A stretch of DNA of 64,000 nt. Source: an uncultured Collinsella sp. (GTDB taxonomy: Bacteria; Actinomycetota; Coriobacteriia; Coriobacteriales; Coriobacteriaceae). The notes beneath the pieces are model-generated. The model saw only the letters and a list, made by a program, of their open reading frames with translations. It had not been told where the DNA came from and ran no database searches. Shown here piece after piece: positions 1 to 10,310 of this stretch. Made by a program: the position numbers and the translations under genes. Each line of letters opens with the position of its first letter. Position 1 is the stretch's first letter. The stretch spans positions 4,452 to 68,451 of the forward strand of contig CALCKK010000039.1 of the NCBI GenBank assembly GCA_937966215.1. The letters are read 5' to 3'.

Positions 1-1
1 C

Positions 2-271
2 GAGCCGCAAGACGATGATCCGCTCATTTGGGAAGCCGCCCATATTGTGGTGGAATCGCAGCTTGGCTCCACATCTGGCCTGCAACGTCGTCTGAAGGTT
101 GGCTATGCGCGTGCCGGGCGTATTATGGACATGCTGGAAGAAAAGGGTGTCGTCGGCCCGCCCGACGGTTCCAAGCCGCGCGAGGTCCTGTTGGACGAGG
201 AGGGGCTTGCCGCGCTGGAATCTGTCGACGCCGAGATGGCACGTGAAGATCGTGAGTTTGGAGGATTCTGA
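2..271 (+). CDS. ftsK: DNA translocase FtsK/SpoIIIE, C-terminal gamma (winged-helix) fragment; 5' end outside window
   Basis: The frame is open from the window edge to the stop at 271. The translation ...[37 protein letters not shown] matches the conserved FtsK gamma-domain pattern. Confidence 0.8.
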   Translation, partial: EPQDDDPLIWEAAHIVVESQLGSTSGLQRRLKVGYARAGRIMDMLEEKGVVGPPDGSKPREVLLDEEGLAALESVDAEMAREDREFGGF

Positions 272-1782
272 TGGCTGCACGCTTTGGTGACATGCTGCTC
301 GAGCAGCGTCGCCGAATGGGCCTTTCCATTCAGCAGGTCGCCAACACCATCAAAATCAGGCCGCAGATCATCGAGTTTTTCGAGACCGGTAACTTTGCTT
401 CGATGCCGCCGCGCGGCTATGCGCAGGGCATGATTTCGAGCTATGCTCGCTTTTTGGGCCTCAATCCGCGCGAGGTCGTCAATGCCTACTTTGACGAGCT
501 GATGGCATACGAGCGCGAGACGTCGCAGCAGGGCGGTCGTTTTCAGGACGCCGCCGGCTATGTCAATTCACGTTCCTCGGTGGATAATGGGCGCTTCTTG
601 ATGGTTCAGGGTGGTCGCTCAACGCGTTATGGTCAGCGTCCGCAGCAGGCTGGCTATATTACCGAGACGGGTTCGGGCGAGGAGATTCGCTCACAGCGTG
701 ACCGGTTCCGCAGTACGCCGATGCCCGAGGACCGTGCACTTCCCGCTGCCCGCGGCGTGGCGCGTGACCCTCGTGCCGGCTACGGCGACGGCGGCTATTC
801 CGATCGCGGTCACCGTGGTATCTCCACCGGACGTTCTCGCAGTGGCTATGCGGACGCCGATGCCACGCAGGTGACGCCGCGTCTTCGCTCTCAATCACAG
901 CCGTATGGCCAGCGCTCTTCGGCTCCACGTGCGTGCCAGCGTGGCTATCAAGGCCGCGGTGAACTTGCGCCCCGCTCGGGTCAGCGCAGCCTTCAGGGCC
1001 AGGGTGGCTATCGCGGCCGTTCCGACAGCAATCGTGGTCGTATGCCTCAGGGAGGCGGCCGCAGCAGTTCCAGTCGTGGACGCGGCGGTTCCCGTACTCC
1101 TCAAAACAACGGTCTCGATCCGCGTATCGTCTACGCCGGCATCGGTGCCGTGGCGTTGCTGCTGATCGTGCTCATCGTGGTACTTCTGCGCGGCTGCGCA
1201 TCTTCGACGCCCGAGACCACGCCCGAGACGCCCACTGCTACCAAGACGACGCCCAAGAAGTCCTCTAAGAAGACCGAAACGGTCGACGAGGATGAGGACA
1301 CCGATGAGGCGACGGATGAGTCGACCGATTCGGACGCCACCAAGACGACGGCTAAAAAGGAAGAAAACGAGGTAACGAAGGTCAAGGTCTCCGTTGCCAA
1401 GGGAAAGACCGCCTGGATTGAGGTCAAGGTCGATGGCAAGTCGGTCTATGGCGCCCAGGCGACTGGCCCCTTTGAGCAGGAGTACACGCCTGAGTCCTCG
1501 ATCGAGATCACCACGTCCAAGCCTTCCGATGTCACCGTTACCAAGAACGGCGAAAAGGTCCGTTACGATACCAAGACCTCGGGCGTGGCGCGTGTGACGA
1601 TCACCGTTCCCAAGAAGGAGACGACTGGTTCCGAGAATGGTGAAAGTTCTGATGGTACCGACACCACCGATGGTGCCGACACCACCGACGGCACCGATGC
1701 CCAATCCACGGATGGCGCCGATACCGCAACTGACGGCCAGACGCCCACCGATTCTACCGACTATTCGTACGATAGCTACTAA
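271..1782 (+). CDS. RodZ-like membrane protein (Xre-type HTH, one TM helix, DUF4115-like C-terminus)
   Basis: N-terminal HTH (LLEQRRRMGLSIQQVANTIKIRPQIIEFFETGNF), then an Arg/Gly/Ser-rich linker and a TM helix (IVYAGIGAVALLLIVLIVVLL). A beta-rich segment KVKVSVAKGKTAWIEVKVDGKSVY follows, ending in an Asp/Thr/Gly low-complexity tail. Confidence 0.7.
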   Translation: MAARFGDMLLEQRRRMGLSIQQVANTIKIRPQIIEFFETGNFASMPPRGYAQGMISSYARFLGLNPREVVNAYFDELMAYERETSQQGGRFQDAAGYVNSRSSVDNGRFLMVQGGRSTRYGQRPQQAGYITETGSGEEIRSQRDRFRSTPMPEDRALPAARGVARDPRAGYGDGGYSDRGHRGISTGRSRSGYADADATQVTPRLRSQSQPYGQRSSAPRACQRGYQGRGELAPRSGQRSLQGQGGYRGRSDSNRGRMPQGGGRSSSSRGRGGSRTPQNNGLDPRIVYAGIGAVALLLIVLIVVLLRGCASSTPETTPETPTATKTTPKKSSKKTETVDEDEDTDEATDESTDSDATKTTAKKEENEVTKVKVSVAKGKTAWIEVKVDGKSVYGAQATGPFEQEYTPESSIEITTSKPSDVTVTKNGEKVRYDTKTSGVARVTITVPKKETTGSENGESSDGTDTTDGADTTDGTDAQSTDGADTATDGQTPTDSTDYSYDSY

Positions 1783-1808
1783 GCCGCTCGTACGCGAAAG
1801 GAAACATC

Positions 1809-2306
1809 ATGGCTAAAGATTCCAGCTTCGACGTCGTGTCCGAGGTCAACATGCAAGAGGTCGACAACGCCTTCCAGCAAACCACGCGTGAGATTTCCCA
1901 GCGCTATGACCTGAAGGATTCCGGCGCCACGATCGAGCTTTCGAAGGGCGACAAGCTCTTTACGATCAACGCCCCGGCCGACTTTGTCTCCAAGCAGATT
2001 ATCGACGTGCTGAGCTCCAAGCTCATCAAGCGCGGCATCGACCTCAAGGCTGTCTCGTGGGATGCTCCGCAGGCGGCATCGGGCGGCACCGTGCGCGTGC
2101 TCGGCCATATCGTCGAGGGTATCGACCAGACGACCGCCAAGAAGATCAACAAGGACATCAAGGACCAAAAGCTCAAGGTCAAGGTGACTATCGAGGCCGA
2201 CAAGCTGCGTGTTTCCTCTGCTTCGAAGGACGCGTTGCAGACCGTGATCCAGTTCCTGCGCGACCAGGACTACGGCCAGCCGCTGCAGTTCACCAACTAC
2301 CGCTAA
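1809..2306 (+). CDS. yajQ: YajQ family (UPF0234) nucleotide-binding protein
   Basis: 165 aa. MAKDSSFDVVSEVNMQEVDNAFQQTTREISQRYDLKDS... is a full-length YajQ-type sequence. Confidence 0.88.
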   Translation: MAKDSSFDVVSEVNMQEVDNAFQQTTREISQRYDLKDSGATIELSKGDKLFTINAPADFVSKQIIDVLSSKLIKRGIDLKAVSWDAPQAASGGTVRVLGHIVEGIDQTTAKKINKDIKDQKLKVKVTIEADKLRVSSASKDALQTVIQFLRDQDYGQPLQFTNYR

Positions 2307-2333
2307 TATCATTCGAAAGGACTGCTCTCCAAC

Positions 2334-3683
2334 ATGGATACACCGTTGGGCTCCGTGCTCTACATCACCCTCGGGTGCGCTAAGAACGAGGTTGACACCG
2401 ACCGCATGCGTTCTCTTTTGACCGCCGCGGGCTACGAGGAGGCATTCGACCCACAGGATGCCGATATCGCCATCGTCAATACATGCTCGTTCCTCGCCTC
2501 CGCAACGTCCGAGAGCATCGAGACCACGCTCGAGCTCGCCAACGAGGTTCAGGACGGCGTTCGTTCTTGTCCCATCGTCATGTGCGGCTGTGTGCCGTCG
2601 CGCTATGGCGACGACCTGCCTGACGAGCTGCCCGAGGTCGCTGCCTTTGTGAAGGCCGACGAGGAGGATGGCATTGTGACGGTCATCGATGGCGTGCTGG
2701 GTGTCGAGCGTGAGATTGCCGCCTATATTCCGCAGGTCAAGCGCACCGTCGAGGGCGCTGTCGCCTACGTCAAGATCTCCGATGGCTGCAACCGCTTCTG
2801 TAGCTTCTGCATGATCCCGTATATCCGCGGTCGTTATCACTCGCGCAATGCCGAGAGCATTATTTCCGAGGTGCGCGACTTGGTTGCCGGTGGCGTGCGA
2901 GAGATCGTGCTGATCGGCCAGGACACGGGTATTTGGGGCACCGACTTTGCCGACGAAGACGTCACCGATGGCTCGCCGCGCAATCTGGCGCAGCTGCTGC
3001 ATGCCGTCGCCGAGGCCGTGCGCCCGCACAACGTCTGGGTCCGCGTGCTCTACCTGCAGCCCGAGGGCATGACCGACGAGCTTATCGATACGATTCGCGA
3101 TACGCCCGAGGTACTGCCTTATATCGATATCCCCGTGCAGCACTGCGACGCGCGCATCCTCAAGGCTATGCGCCGTTCTGGTTCGCGCCAGGAGCTCGAG
3201 GACCTGTTCCGTGATCTGCGTGAGCGTATCCCCGGCATTGTGATCCGTTCCACGGCCATGGTCGGCTTCCCGACCGAGACCGACGATGAGTTCCGCGACC
3301 TTATCGACTTTATGGACACCGTCGGCTTTGACTACACGAGCGTCTTTGCCTACTCGCAGGAGGAGGGCAGCCTGGCCGCTAAGATGGAGGGTCAGGTCGA
3401 TGAGGAGGTCAAGCTCGAGCGCGCCCAGGAGGCCATGGACCTGGCCGAGTCGCTCGGTTTTGCCGCCACCGCCGCACATGTGGGCGAGCGCGCCCAGGTG
3501 ATTGTCGACGGCATCGAGGAGACCGAGGACGGCGCCGAGCTGATCGGCCACGCTTGGTTCCAGGCGCCCGATTCCGATGGCGCGGTGCACTTGGACGCCA
3601 GCGAGGCGTCCGTGGGCGATATTCTGACGGTCGAGTTTACCGATAGCTTCTGCTATGAGCTTATCGGCCATGTTGTGGAGTAG
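2334..3683 (+). CDS. rimO: Ribosomal protein S12 methylthiotransferase RimO (radical SAM MTTase)
   Basis: N-terminal MTTase domain (LYITLGCAKNEVDTDRM), radical-SAM CxxxCxxC (SDGCNRFCSFCMIPYIRG) and a TRAM-like C-terminus. It sits directly upstream of pgsA and is a distinct paralog of the MiaB at 10311. Confidence 0.82.
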   Translation: MDTPLGSVLYITLGCAKNEVDTDRMRSLLTAAGYEEAFDPQDADIAIVNTCSFLASATSESIETTLELANEVQDGVRSCPIVMCGCVPSRYGDDLPDELPEVAAFVKADEEDGIVTVIDGVLGVEREIAAYIPQVKRTVEGAVAYVKISDGCNRFCSFCMIPYIRGRYHSRNAESIISEVRDLVAGGVREIVLIGQDTGIWGTDFADEDVTDGSPRNLAQLLHAVAEAVRPHNVWVRVLYLQPEGMTDELIDTIRDTPEVLPYIDIPVQHCDARILKAMRRSGSRQELEDLFRDLRERIPGIVIRSTAMVGFPTETDDEFRDLIDFMDTVGFDYTSVFAYSQEEGSLAAKMEGQVDEEVKLERAQEAMDLAESLGFAATAAHVGERAQVIVDGIEETEDGAELIGHAWFQAPDSDGAVHLDASEASVGDILTVEFTDSFCYELIGHVVE

Positions 3684-3692
3684 GAGAGCATC

Positions 3693-4331
3693 GTGGCAAA
3701 CGAGAGCAATAAGGAACTGACGAGTGTTTGGACGCCCGCCAACATCGTGACGTGCGTTCGCATCGTCTTTATCCCGGTGTTCATGATCGTGTCGGCGCTT
3801 TCTCACACGAGTGTTGCCGGTACAGATTGGAGCACCTTCGACGGCCCGCTCGCCGCCGCTGCCTTCATTCTGTATGTGATCCTGTCGTGCACCGATAAGG
3901 TCGACGGTTATCTGGCGCGCTCGCGCAACGAGATTACCGATTTCGGTAAGTTCTTGGACCCCATCGCCGATAAGCTGCTGGTGTTCTCGGCTCTGCTGCT
4001 GTTCTTGGATTTTGGCGCTGTGACCGTGTGGTCCGTGTTCATTATCCTGTTCCGTGAGCTTCTGGTGAGCGCCCTTCGCATGGTCGCGAGTGCCGCCGGC
4101 GTTGTCGTTGCGGCCGATAAGCTCGGCAAGTACAAGACGGCGACCACGATGGTCTCCATCTGCGGTTACCTGTGCGTCTTTGCGATGGCCGGCTTGCACC
4201 TTGGCCCGCTGGCGCTGACGCTCGGCATCTACTCGGTGTCGCGCTTCCTGTACGCCGTTGCCGTTGTCCTGACCGTTATCTCGGGCGCCCAGTACTTCTG
4301 GAACTGCCGCAAGATCGTCTTTTCGGTCTAG
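3693..4331 (+). CDS. pgsA: CDP-diacylglycerol--glycerol-3-phosphate 3-phosphatidyltransferase
   Basis: CDP-alcohol phosphatidyltransferase motif DKVDGYLARSRNEITDFGKFLDPIADKLL, with multiple TM helices. Confidence 0.9.
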   Translation: MANESNKELTSVWTPANIVTCVRIVFIPVFMIVSALSHTSVAGTDWSTFDGPLAAAAFILYVILSCTDKVDGYLARSRNEITDFGKFLDPIADKLLVFSALLLFLDFGAVTVWSVFIILFRELLVSALRMVASAAGVVVAADKLGKYKTATTMVSICGYLCVFAMAGLHLGPLALTLGIYSVSRFLYAVAVVLTVISGAQYFWNCRKIVFSV

Positions 4332-4337
4332 GTTCTG

Positions 4338-4874
4338 GTGGGTATGACGGACTCTTTTGAGCAGATTTCCGCACATAACGAGGAGCTGGCGCGTCATATT
4401 GTCGAGCGCGCGAGCGCTCGGGGCGTGACGGTTTCGACGGCTGAGTCGCTGACAGCAGGTATGATCGCCTCGACGATTGCCGATATCCCGGGCGCCTCGG
4501 CGGTGCTGCGTGGCGGTGCGGTGACCTACTGCGATGAGATCAAGCATCGCGTTTTGGGTGTTGATCAGGAGACGCTCGACCGCTATACCGCGGTGTCGCA
4601 TCAGACCGCGCGCGAGATGGCGGCGCGTTCGCTGGAGCTGTACCAGAGCGATATTGCAGTGAGCGCAACGGGTTATGCCGGCCCCGGCGGCGGCACTGAG
4701 GACGATCCGGCTGGCACTTTCTATATTGGCTGGGCGTATCGCGCGGCTGATGGGGAAGTGCCGGTCGTGGACTCTGTGCGCTGCCGCTATGAGGGCGACC
4801 GTTCGTGTATTCGTGTCCATGCGGTCGCGGAGGCATTGGGACGCATTGCCCTTGTGCTTAACTCTATGGAATAG
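4338..4874 (+). CDS. CinA-family nicotinamide-nucleotide amidohydrolase (PncC domain)
   Basis: TAESLTAGMIASTIADIPGASAVLRGGAVTYCDEIKHRVLGV and GYAGPGGGTEDDPAGTFYIG are typical of the CinA C-terminal domain. It sits upstream of recA, as in many Gram-positives. Confidence 0.85.
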   Translation: MGMTDSFEQISAHNEELARHIVERASARGVTVSTAESLTAGMIASTIADIPGASAVLRGGAVTYCDEIKHRVLGVDQETLDRYTAVSHQTAREMAARSLELYQSDIAVSATGYAGPGGGTEDDPAGTFYIGWAYRAADGEVPVVDSVRCRYEGDRSCIRVHAVAEALGRIALVLNSME

Positions 4875-4881
4875 ACGTGTT

Positions 4882-4905
4882 TTAAGGGGCCTTCGGGCCC
4901 CTTAA
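4882..4905 (+). terminator. GC-rich palindromic stem-loop after cinA
   Basis: ttaaggggcc-ttcg-ggccccttaa is a perfect 10-bp stem with a tetraloop, 8 nt after the cinA stop. No strong T-run follows. Confidence 0.45.
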
Positions 4906-5079
4906 ATGTGGAGATAGGGACCCCTGACGAATTTAGCGTTTGCGCTGGTCATAGGTGTATTTTTGCCTTTCTTGTTCTTATTTGCCCCTTTGTGGTCAAG
5001 CATTTGGTCAGTGTTTGGTCGGCGTTTGGTTGGGTTTTGGAAAGACTGCCTGCATATGATTGGCCTGAACGGTTGACCA

Positions 5080-5093
5080 CGAACAGCCGTTCG
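5080..5093 (+). promoter_or_regulatory. SOS (LexA) box in the recA promoter
   Basis: CGAACAGCCGTTCG matches the Gram-positive/actinobacterial GAAC-N4-GTTC LexA operator. It lies between TTGACC (5073-5078) and TATTAT (5096-5101), which are separated by 17 nt. Confidence 0.7.
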
Positions 5094-5131
5094 TTTATTA
5101 TCGATGCAGGTTGTTAAGAGGAGGGCTATTC

Positions 5132-6280
5132 ATGGCCAAGAATTCAGGTCCCGTACGTACCGTTCATGCTCGCACGACGGGTAAAGAGCGCGATGAGATG
5201 ATCGCCACCACCAAGGCCGAGATCGAGAAGAAGTTCGGTCAAGGCTCCATCATGAGGTACGGCGACGGTGGCCCCGAGCTCGAGGTCGAGGCCATCCCTA
5301 CGGGCGCTCTGGCACTCGATGCCGCTCTGGGTATCGGCGGTGTGCCGCGCGGCCGAATCGTCGAGATCTACGGTCCCGAGTCCTCCGGTAAGACGACGCT
5401 TTCGCTCGAGATCCTGGCCGAGGCCCAGGCAATGGGTGGCGTGGTGGCATTTATCGATGCCGAGCACGCGCTCGATCCCACGTATGCCGCGCGCATTGGC
5501 GTGGATATCGACGAGGTACTGATTTCCCAGCCTGATACGGGTGAGCAGGCGCTCGAGATTGTTGACATGCTCGTGCGTTCCGGCGCCATCGATGCCATCG
5601 TCGTCGACTCCGTCGCCGCGCTGACCCCGCGTGCCGAGATCGAGGGAGAGATCGGCGATACCACGGTCGGTTTGCAAGCTCGCCTGATGAGTCAGGCGCT
5701 CCGCAAGCTCGCCGGCTCGCTGTCCAAGTCCAACACGACATGCATCTTCATTAACCAGCTGCGAGAGAAGATCGGCGTCATGTTCGGCAACCCCGAGACC
5801 ACGACGGGCGGCCGCGCCCTTAAGTTCTTCTCTTCGGTGCGTATCGACATTCGCCGCATCGACAGCATTAAGCTTAAGGATGAGGTTATCGGTAACCGCG
5901 TGCGCGCCAAGGTCGTTAAGAACAAGGTGGCAGCTCCGTTCCGTTCTGCTGAGTTCGACATCATGTACGGTACGGGCATCTCTAAGGAGGGCTCGATTCT
6001 GGACATGGCTGTCGAGTGCGGCATTTGCAAGAAGATGGGCTCCTGGTTTGCCTATGGCGAGGACAAGCTCGGCAACGGTCGCGAGGCCGCCAAGGCGTTC
6101 CTGCGCGAACACCCCGATTGCGCCGACGAGATTGAGCATAAGGTCCGCCTTGCCTGCGGGCTTGAGTTTGATGACGATGCTCCGTCCGAGGTCGAGCTGA
6201 CCGATCAGCCTGCGCCTGAGGAGTTTGACGAGCTTTACGCCATCGATGGTTCCGCCATGCTCGATGATGACGACGAGTAG
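5132..6280 (+). CDS. recA: Recombinase RecA
   Basis: Walker [19 protein letters not shown] and the L1/L2 regions are present. The ATG at 5132 is preceded by aagaggaggg, so the upstream TTG at 5111 is unlikely to be the start. Confidence 0.97.
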   Translation: MAKNSGPVRTVHARTTGKERDEMIATTKAEIEKKFGQGSIMRYGDGGPELEVEAIPTGALALDAALGIGGVPRGRIVEIYGPESSGKTTLSLEILAEAQAMGGVVAFIDAEHALDPTYAARIGVDIDEVLISQPDTGEQALEIVDMLVRSGAIDAIVVDSVAALTPRAEIEGEIGDTTVGLQARLMSQALRKLAGSLSKSNTTCIFINQLREKIGVMFGNPETTTGGRALKFFSSVRIDIRRIDSIKLKDEVIGNRVRAKVVKNKVAAPFRSAEFDIMYGTGISKEGSILDMAVECGICKKMGSWFAYGEDKLGNGREAAKAFLREHPDCADEIEHKVRLACGLEFDDDAPSEVELTDQPAPEEFDELYAIDGSAMLDDDDE

Positions 6281-6291
6281 CGGTTACGCTC

Positions 6292-6984
6292 ATGTCGTAT
6301 ACGGTGACCGAGGCCACGGTCGTCTTTCCCGATAAGAAGGCGGCCTCCTCGTTCTCGAGCGGGTATGCGTCCAAAAAGCCTTGCGCACATATCGATTGTG
6401 AGCTTGAGGGCGGTTTTGAGCGGTCCATTTGGATTCCCGTGCGGGTCGCGCGCCTGTATGTCAAAAATCGCCCCGATCTTCCCTGTGATTGGGATAACTT
6501 TCGTGAAGCGGTGCAGCTCATCGAGCGTAAATGTGCACTTACCATGGTGACCGAGATGCTATCGCGACGCGACCATGCGACGGGTGAGGTCCGTGACAAG
6601 TTGTCACGCTACGGCTTTCGCCAGCCCGCGATCGATTTCGCCGTCGAGCGCGCCACCGAGTATCGCTTTTTAGACGAGAACCGCTTTTGCTCGTACTTTA
6701 TCGAGGAACGCAAGCGGCGCGGTTGGGGACAGCGTAAAATCGAGACCGAGCTCAAGCGCCGTCATGTCGTGCTCGATGACATTCCCGGTTATCCCGAGGA
6801 TTATTTTGCCGTCGAAGACGATTTGGCGCGTGCGTCAGCCCTGCTCGCCAAGCGGCGTGTTCCAGAGACGCGCGGATTCGAAAAACTGGTTCGGTTTTTG
6901 ATGGGCAAGGGCTTCTCGTATCACATCGCCGCCGATGCCGTTAAGGCACGTCTCGATGCCGAACGTGAGGAATGTGCGGTTTAG
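6292..6984 (+). CDS. recX: RecA regulator RecX (with N-terminal extension)
   Basis: The C-terminal two thirds (LSRRDHATGEVRDKLSRYGFRQPAIDFAVERATEYRFLDENRFCSYFIEERKRRGWGQRKIETELKRRHV) show RecX helical repeats. The gene lies immediately downstream of recA. Confidence 0.85.
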   Translation: MSYTVTEATVVFPDKKAASSFSSGYASKKPCAHIDCELEGGFERSIWIPVRVARLYVKNRPDLPCDWDNFREAVQLIERKCALTMVTEMLSRRDHATGEVRDKLSRYGFRQPAIDFAVERATEYRFLDENRFCSYFIEERKRRGWGQRKIETELKRRHVVLDDIPGYPEDYFAVEDDLARASALLAKRRVPETRGFEKLVRFLMGKGFSYHIAADAVKARLDAEREECAV

Positions 6985-7235
6985 GCGTATGCGTTTTGTG
7001 GCCCTGCCGTTCACCGCGTTTTAGCCGCCGTGCTGGGGCCATTTATTTGACAGTTGTTGTGGTTCAACGTACGATAAACACTGTCATTTGCTTTGTGATA
7101 TGTGCTCATCTGTGATGAGTTTGTTTATATGTTTACCTGTATCCGACCCGCATAAGCTGCGCCCATATTACTCAAATGTCGCGAGCCGTTCGTAAGGACG
7201 GTTCGCTTTGTTGTGTAACGAATCCATAAAAAGGA

Positions 7236-8792
7236 GTGAGCATGCCTATCATCGCAGCGCTCGTTGGCATCGTTTTGGGTGCCATCGCCGCCATTGCCTA
7301 CATGCGCACCGCCAAGCAGGGTAGTCTTCACGAGGCCGACGAAAAAATCCAGTCGGCACACGCACAGGCTGAGTCCCTGATCGGTGATGCTAAGCGTCAG
7401 GCCGAGACCCTCAAAAAAGAGGCTCTGCTCGAGGCTAAAGAGGAGATCATCAAGAACAAGCAGGCCGCTGAGGCCGAGGACAAGCAGCGTAAGAACGAGA
7501 TTCGTACGCTCGAGAACCGCGTGATGCAGCGCGAGGAATCCCTCGATCGCCGCAACGACGCTCTCGACAAGCGCGAGCATCAGCTGTCCAGCCAGGCCGG
7601 TCAGGTCGAGAAGCGCTCCCGTGAGCTCGAGGAGCTCTGCGCAAAGCAGACCTCCGAGCTCGAGCGTATCGCCGACCTTACCCGCGAGGACGCCCACAAG
7701 GAGCTCCTCGATAAGGTTCGCGGCGAGGTCACCCACGAGGCCGCCACGATCATTCGCGAGTCCGAGCAGCAGGTTCGCGCCGAGTGCCACAAGACCGCCC
7801 AGGAGATTCTGTCTCTGGCGATTCAGCGCTGCGCTGCCGATCACACTGCCGAGGTCACCGTTACCTCCGTGCACATTCCCTCTGATGACCTCAAGGGCCG
7901 TATCATCGGTCGCGAGGGTCGCAACATCCGGACCTTCGAGCAGGTTTCCGGCGTCAACCTCGTGATCGACGACACGCCCGAGACCGTCGTTCTTTCGAGC
8001 TTCGACCCGGTCCGTCGTGAGACCGCCCGTGTCGCCCTCGAGAACCTCATCGCCGACGGCCGCATTCACCCTGCCCGTATCGAGGAGATGTATCACAAGG
8101 CCGCCGACCTGGTTCAGCAGCGCGTGCGCGAGGCTGGCGAGCAGGCTGCCTTCGATACCGGCATCCACGATCTGCACCCCGAGATCGTCAAGACCCTTGG
8201 TGCCCTGCGCTACCGTACCTCGTTTGGTCAGAACGTGCTTCAGCATTCCCTCGAGGTCTCTGATCTGTGCGGCGTGATGGCTTCCGAGCTTGGCCTGGAC
8301 GTTGTGACCGCCAAGCGCGCCGGCCTGCTTCATGACCTGGGCAAGGCAATCGACCACGACGTCGAGGGCCCGCATGCCGTCATCGGCGCCGAGCTTGCCC
8401 GCCGTTATGGCGAGAAGCCCGTTATCGTCCATGCTATTGAGGCTCACCATGCCGATGTCGACCCCAACACGGTGCTCGATGTCCTGGTGCAGGCCGCCGA
8501 TGCTGTCTCTGCCTCTCGCCCCGGTGCCCGTCGCGAGTCTGCCGAGAACTACATCAAGCGTCTTGAGAAGCTCGAGGAGATCGCCAACTCCCATGACGGC
8601 GTCGAACGTACCTATGCCATGCAGGCCGGTCGCGAGGTCCACGTCATGGTCCAGCCGGACAAGATCTCCGATGCCCAGTCCACGGTCCTGGCTCACGATA
8701 TCGCCCATCAGATCGAGGAAGAGATGGAGTATCCCGGTCAGGTGCGCGTCGTCGTGATTCGCGAGAGCCGCGCTGTCGATATCGCTAAATAA
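7236..8792 (+). CDS. rny: Ribonuclease Y
   Basis: N-terminal TM helix, coiled coil, KH domain ([15 protein letters not shown]) and HD domain ([11 protein letters not shown]...HH). Confidence 0.95.
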   Translation: MSMPIIAALVGIVLGAIAAIAYMRTAKQGSLHEADEKIQSAHAQAESLIGDAKRQAETLKKEALLEAKEEIIKNKQAAEAEDKQRKNEIRTLENRVMQREESLDRRNDALDKREHQLSSQAGQVEKRSRELEELCAKQTSELERIADLTREDAHKELLDKVRGEVTHEAATIIRESEQQVRAECHKTAQEILSLAIQRCAADHTAEVTVTSVHIPSDDLKGRIIGREGRNIRTFEQVSGVNLVIDDTPETVVLSSFDPVRRETARVALENLIADGRIHPARIEEMYHKAADLVQQRVREAGEQAAFDTGIHDLHPEIVKTLGALRYRTSFGQNVLQHSLEVSDLCGVMASELGLDVVTAKRAGLLHDLGKAIDHDVEGPHAVIGAELARRYGEKPVIVHAIEAHHADVDPNTVLDVLVQAADAVSASRPGARRESAENYIKRLEKLEEIANSHDGVERTYAMQAGREVHVMVQPDKISDAQSTVLAHDIAHQIEEEMEYPGQVRVVVIRESRAVDIAK

Positions 8793-8793
8793 C

Positions 8794-9879
8794 ATGAGCG
8801 ACGCGAACGAGCTCATCTCATTTATCGCGTCGATGTCGGGGGAGGGCAACCTTCGCGTCGAGGAGAACCTTGGCGAGGGGTATGTCCGCCTCCGCGTTTC
8901 GGAGGCCGAGCGGCGCCAGGCTAAGCACGACATTCAGCATGTCGAGGACATCGTCATCGAAATGCTCCGTAATGCTCGCGATGCCGGCGCCGACAAGGTC
9001 TATCTCGCCACGACCAAGGAAGATGGCGTCCGCACGCTTGTCTTTCTGGATAACGGTTCTGGCGTTCCGCAGGATATGCAAGAGCGAATCTTTGATGCCC
9101 GCGTTACCTCCAAGCTCGAGAGCATGAAGATGGACCGTTGGGGCGTTCACGGTCGTGGCATGGCATTGTTTTCGATTAAGCAGAACACCGACGAGGCCCG
9201 TGTGGTCACGTCCGGCGTCGATCTTGGTTCAGCCTTCAAGGTGAGCGTTGCGGCCGACCGCCTCAGTGAGCGTGCCGATCAGTCCAGCTGGCCCCAGGCC
9301 GTCAAGGATGAGGACGGACGTTATGTCTGCGCTCGCGGTCCACATAATATTATTCGCGCTGCTTGTGAGTTTGCGCTCGAGGAGTTGCGTGGTTGCGATG
9401 TCTATCTCGGTTCTCCGTCTGAGATTGCCGCGACCCTTTATGCTCAAGCGTCAAGTCGGCTCGATACGTCTCGTCTCCTGTTCATTGATGACGAGAGCGA
9501 GCTTCCGGTTGTCGATCGTTTAGGCCTTGCTTCTGATGCCGAGGACTTTATCCGTATTTGTTCGGGTTTGGGTCTTGAGATGTCCGAGCGCACGGCCCAT
9601 CGCATTTTGGCAGGGCAGATTAAGCCCGTTCGCGGTGTGACCGCGCGTCTGCTGCGCGAGCGTGATTCGTCCTCGCATGCGCCGGCTCCTGTCGATCTCG
9701 CGAAGGATCGTCGCGGGCTACGTATTGCCAAGGATGACATGGCACAGTTTTCGCGCGCTGTGGAACGCGACTTTAATGACCTTGCCACCCGGTACTATCT
9801 CAACCTTTGCGGCGACCCAAAGATCCGTGTTTCGCGTGATCGAATCACCGTGACCTTTGATCTTGCCAAAGAGGAATAG
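8794..9879 (+). CDS. GHKL/HATPase_c-like ATP-binding protein of unknown role
   Basis: N box EMLRNARDAGADKV, G1 FLDNGSGVP and G2 GVHGRGMALFSI are present. No TM helix and no His-phosphotransfer domain were recognised. Confidence 0.6.
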   Translation: MSDANELISFIASMSGEGNLRVEENLGEGYVRLRVSEAERRQAKHDIQHVEDIVIEMLRNARDAGADKVYLATTKEDGVRTLVFLDNGSGVPQDMQERIFDARVTSKLESMKMDRWGVHGRGMALFSIKQNTDEARVVTSGVDLGSAFKVSVAADRLSERADQSSWPQAVKDEDGRYVCARGPHNIIRAACEFALEELRGCDVYLGSPSEIAATLYAQASSRLDTSRLLFIDDESELPVVDRLGLASDAEDFIRICSGLGLEMSERTAHRILAGQIKPVRGVTARLLRERDSSSHAPAPVDLAKDRRGLRIAKDDMAQFSRAVERDFNDLATRYYLNLCGDPKIRVSRDRITVTFDLAKEE

Positions 9880-9953
9880 TGCCTTTACCGAGTCCACTCG
9901 GTACGATACAGTTATTGCAGTTAAAACGTACTTTTAAATGCAGGAGTTTCTTC

Positions 9954-10271
9954 ATGGATTGCCTGAAGGTATCAAGCAAATCATCGCCCGCGTCCGTTGC
10001 CGGCGCCATCGCCGGCATGGTCAAGGATGGTGTACCCGTCAACATCCAGTGTGTCGGCGCTGGTGCCGTCAACCAAGCCATTAAGGCCGTTGCTATCGCG
10101 CGCGGTTTTTTGATTCCAACCGGTTTTGATATTTCCTGCGCGCCCGTGTTCTCCGACATCCTCATTAACGGGGAGTCGCGCACGGCCATCCGCCTTTCTA
10201 TCTACGTTCACCAGATCAATCGAGCTGCTATGGATAACGTCGTCATGGATGATGTTAAGCCTGTGGCATAG
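9954..10271 (+). CDS. spoVS: SpoVS family protein
   Basis: MDCLKVSSKSSPASVAGAIAGMVKDGVPVNIQCVGAGAVNQAIKAVAIARGFL...RTAIRL is a close SpoVS pattern. The ATG at 9954 is preceded by aggag (9942-9946). Confidence 0.85.
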   Translation: MDCLKVSSKSSPASVAGAIAGMVKDGVPVNIQCVGAGAVNQAIKAVAIARGFLIPTGFDISCAPVFSDILINGESRTAIRLSIYVHQINRAAMDNVVMDDVKPVA

Positions 10272-10310
10272 CTTCTGCTTGCCTCGTTCCGCTCCCCATC
10301 GTTAGGACTT

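Noticed and set aside
1620-1760. Short tandem periodicity (TDGADTTDGTD...), plus the PAPAPTPQPPTPAPAPAPAP-coding stretch near 21750-21830, considered as a possible CRISPR or VNTR.
   Set aside because: Both lie inside well-supported ORFs and encode low-complexity linkers. There is no repeat-spacer organisation and there are no cas genes. No CRISPR array was seen anywhere in the window.
1779-4820. A 1013-aa minus-strand ORF, and similar long antisense ORFs at 7125-8933, 34790-35956, 44352-45392, 26242-27117, 27850-28701 and 28647-30368.
   Set aside because: All lie antisense to genes with unambiguous family motifs (yajQ/rimO/pgsA, rny, the NifS-like cysteine desulfurase/rpe, scpA, the ABC and two-component genes). 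Their translations are Arg/Ala/Gly/His-rich with no motifs. These are the typical stop-codon-poor shadow frames of high-GC DNA.
4908-5117. A 69-aa plus-strand ORF upstream of recA.
   Set aside because: It overlaps the recA promoter, the SOS box and the ribosome-binding site. Its sequence is hydrophobic, low-information and motif-free. It is most likely non-coding leader or promoter DNA.
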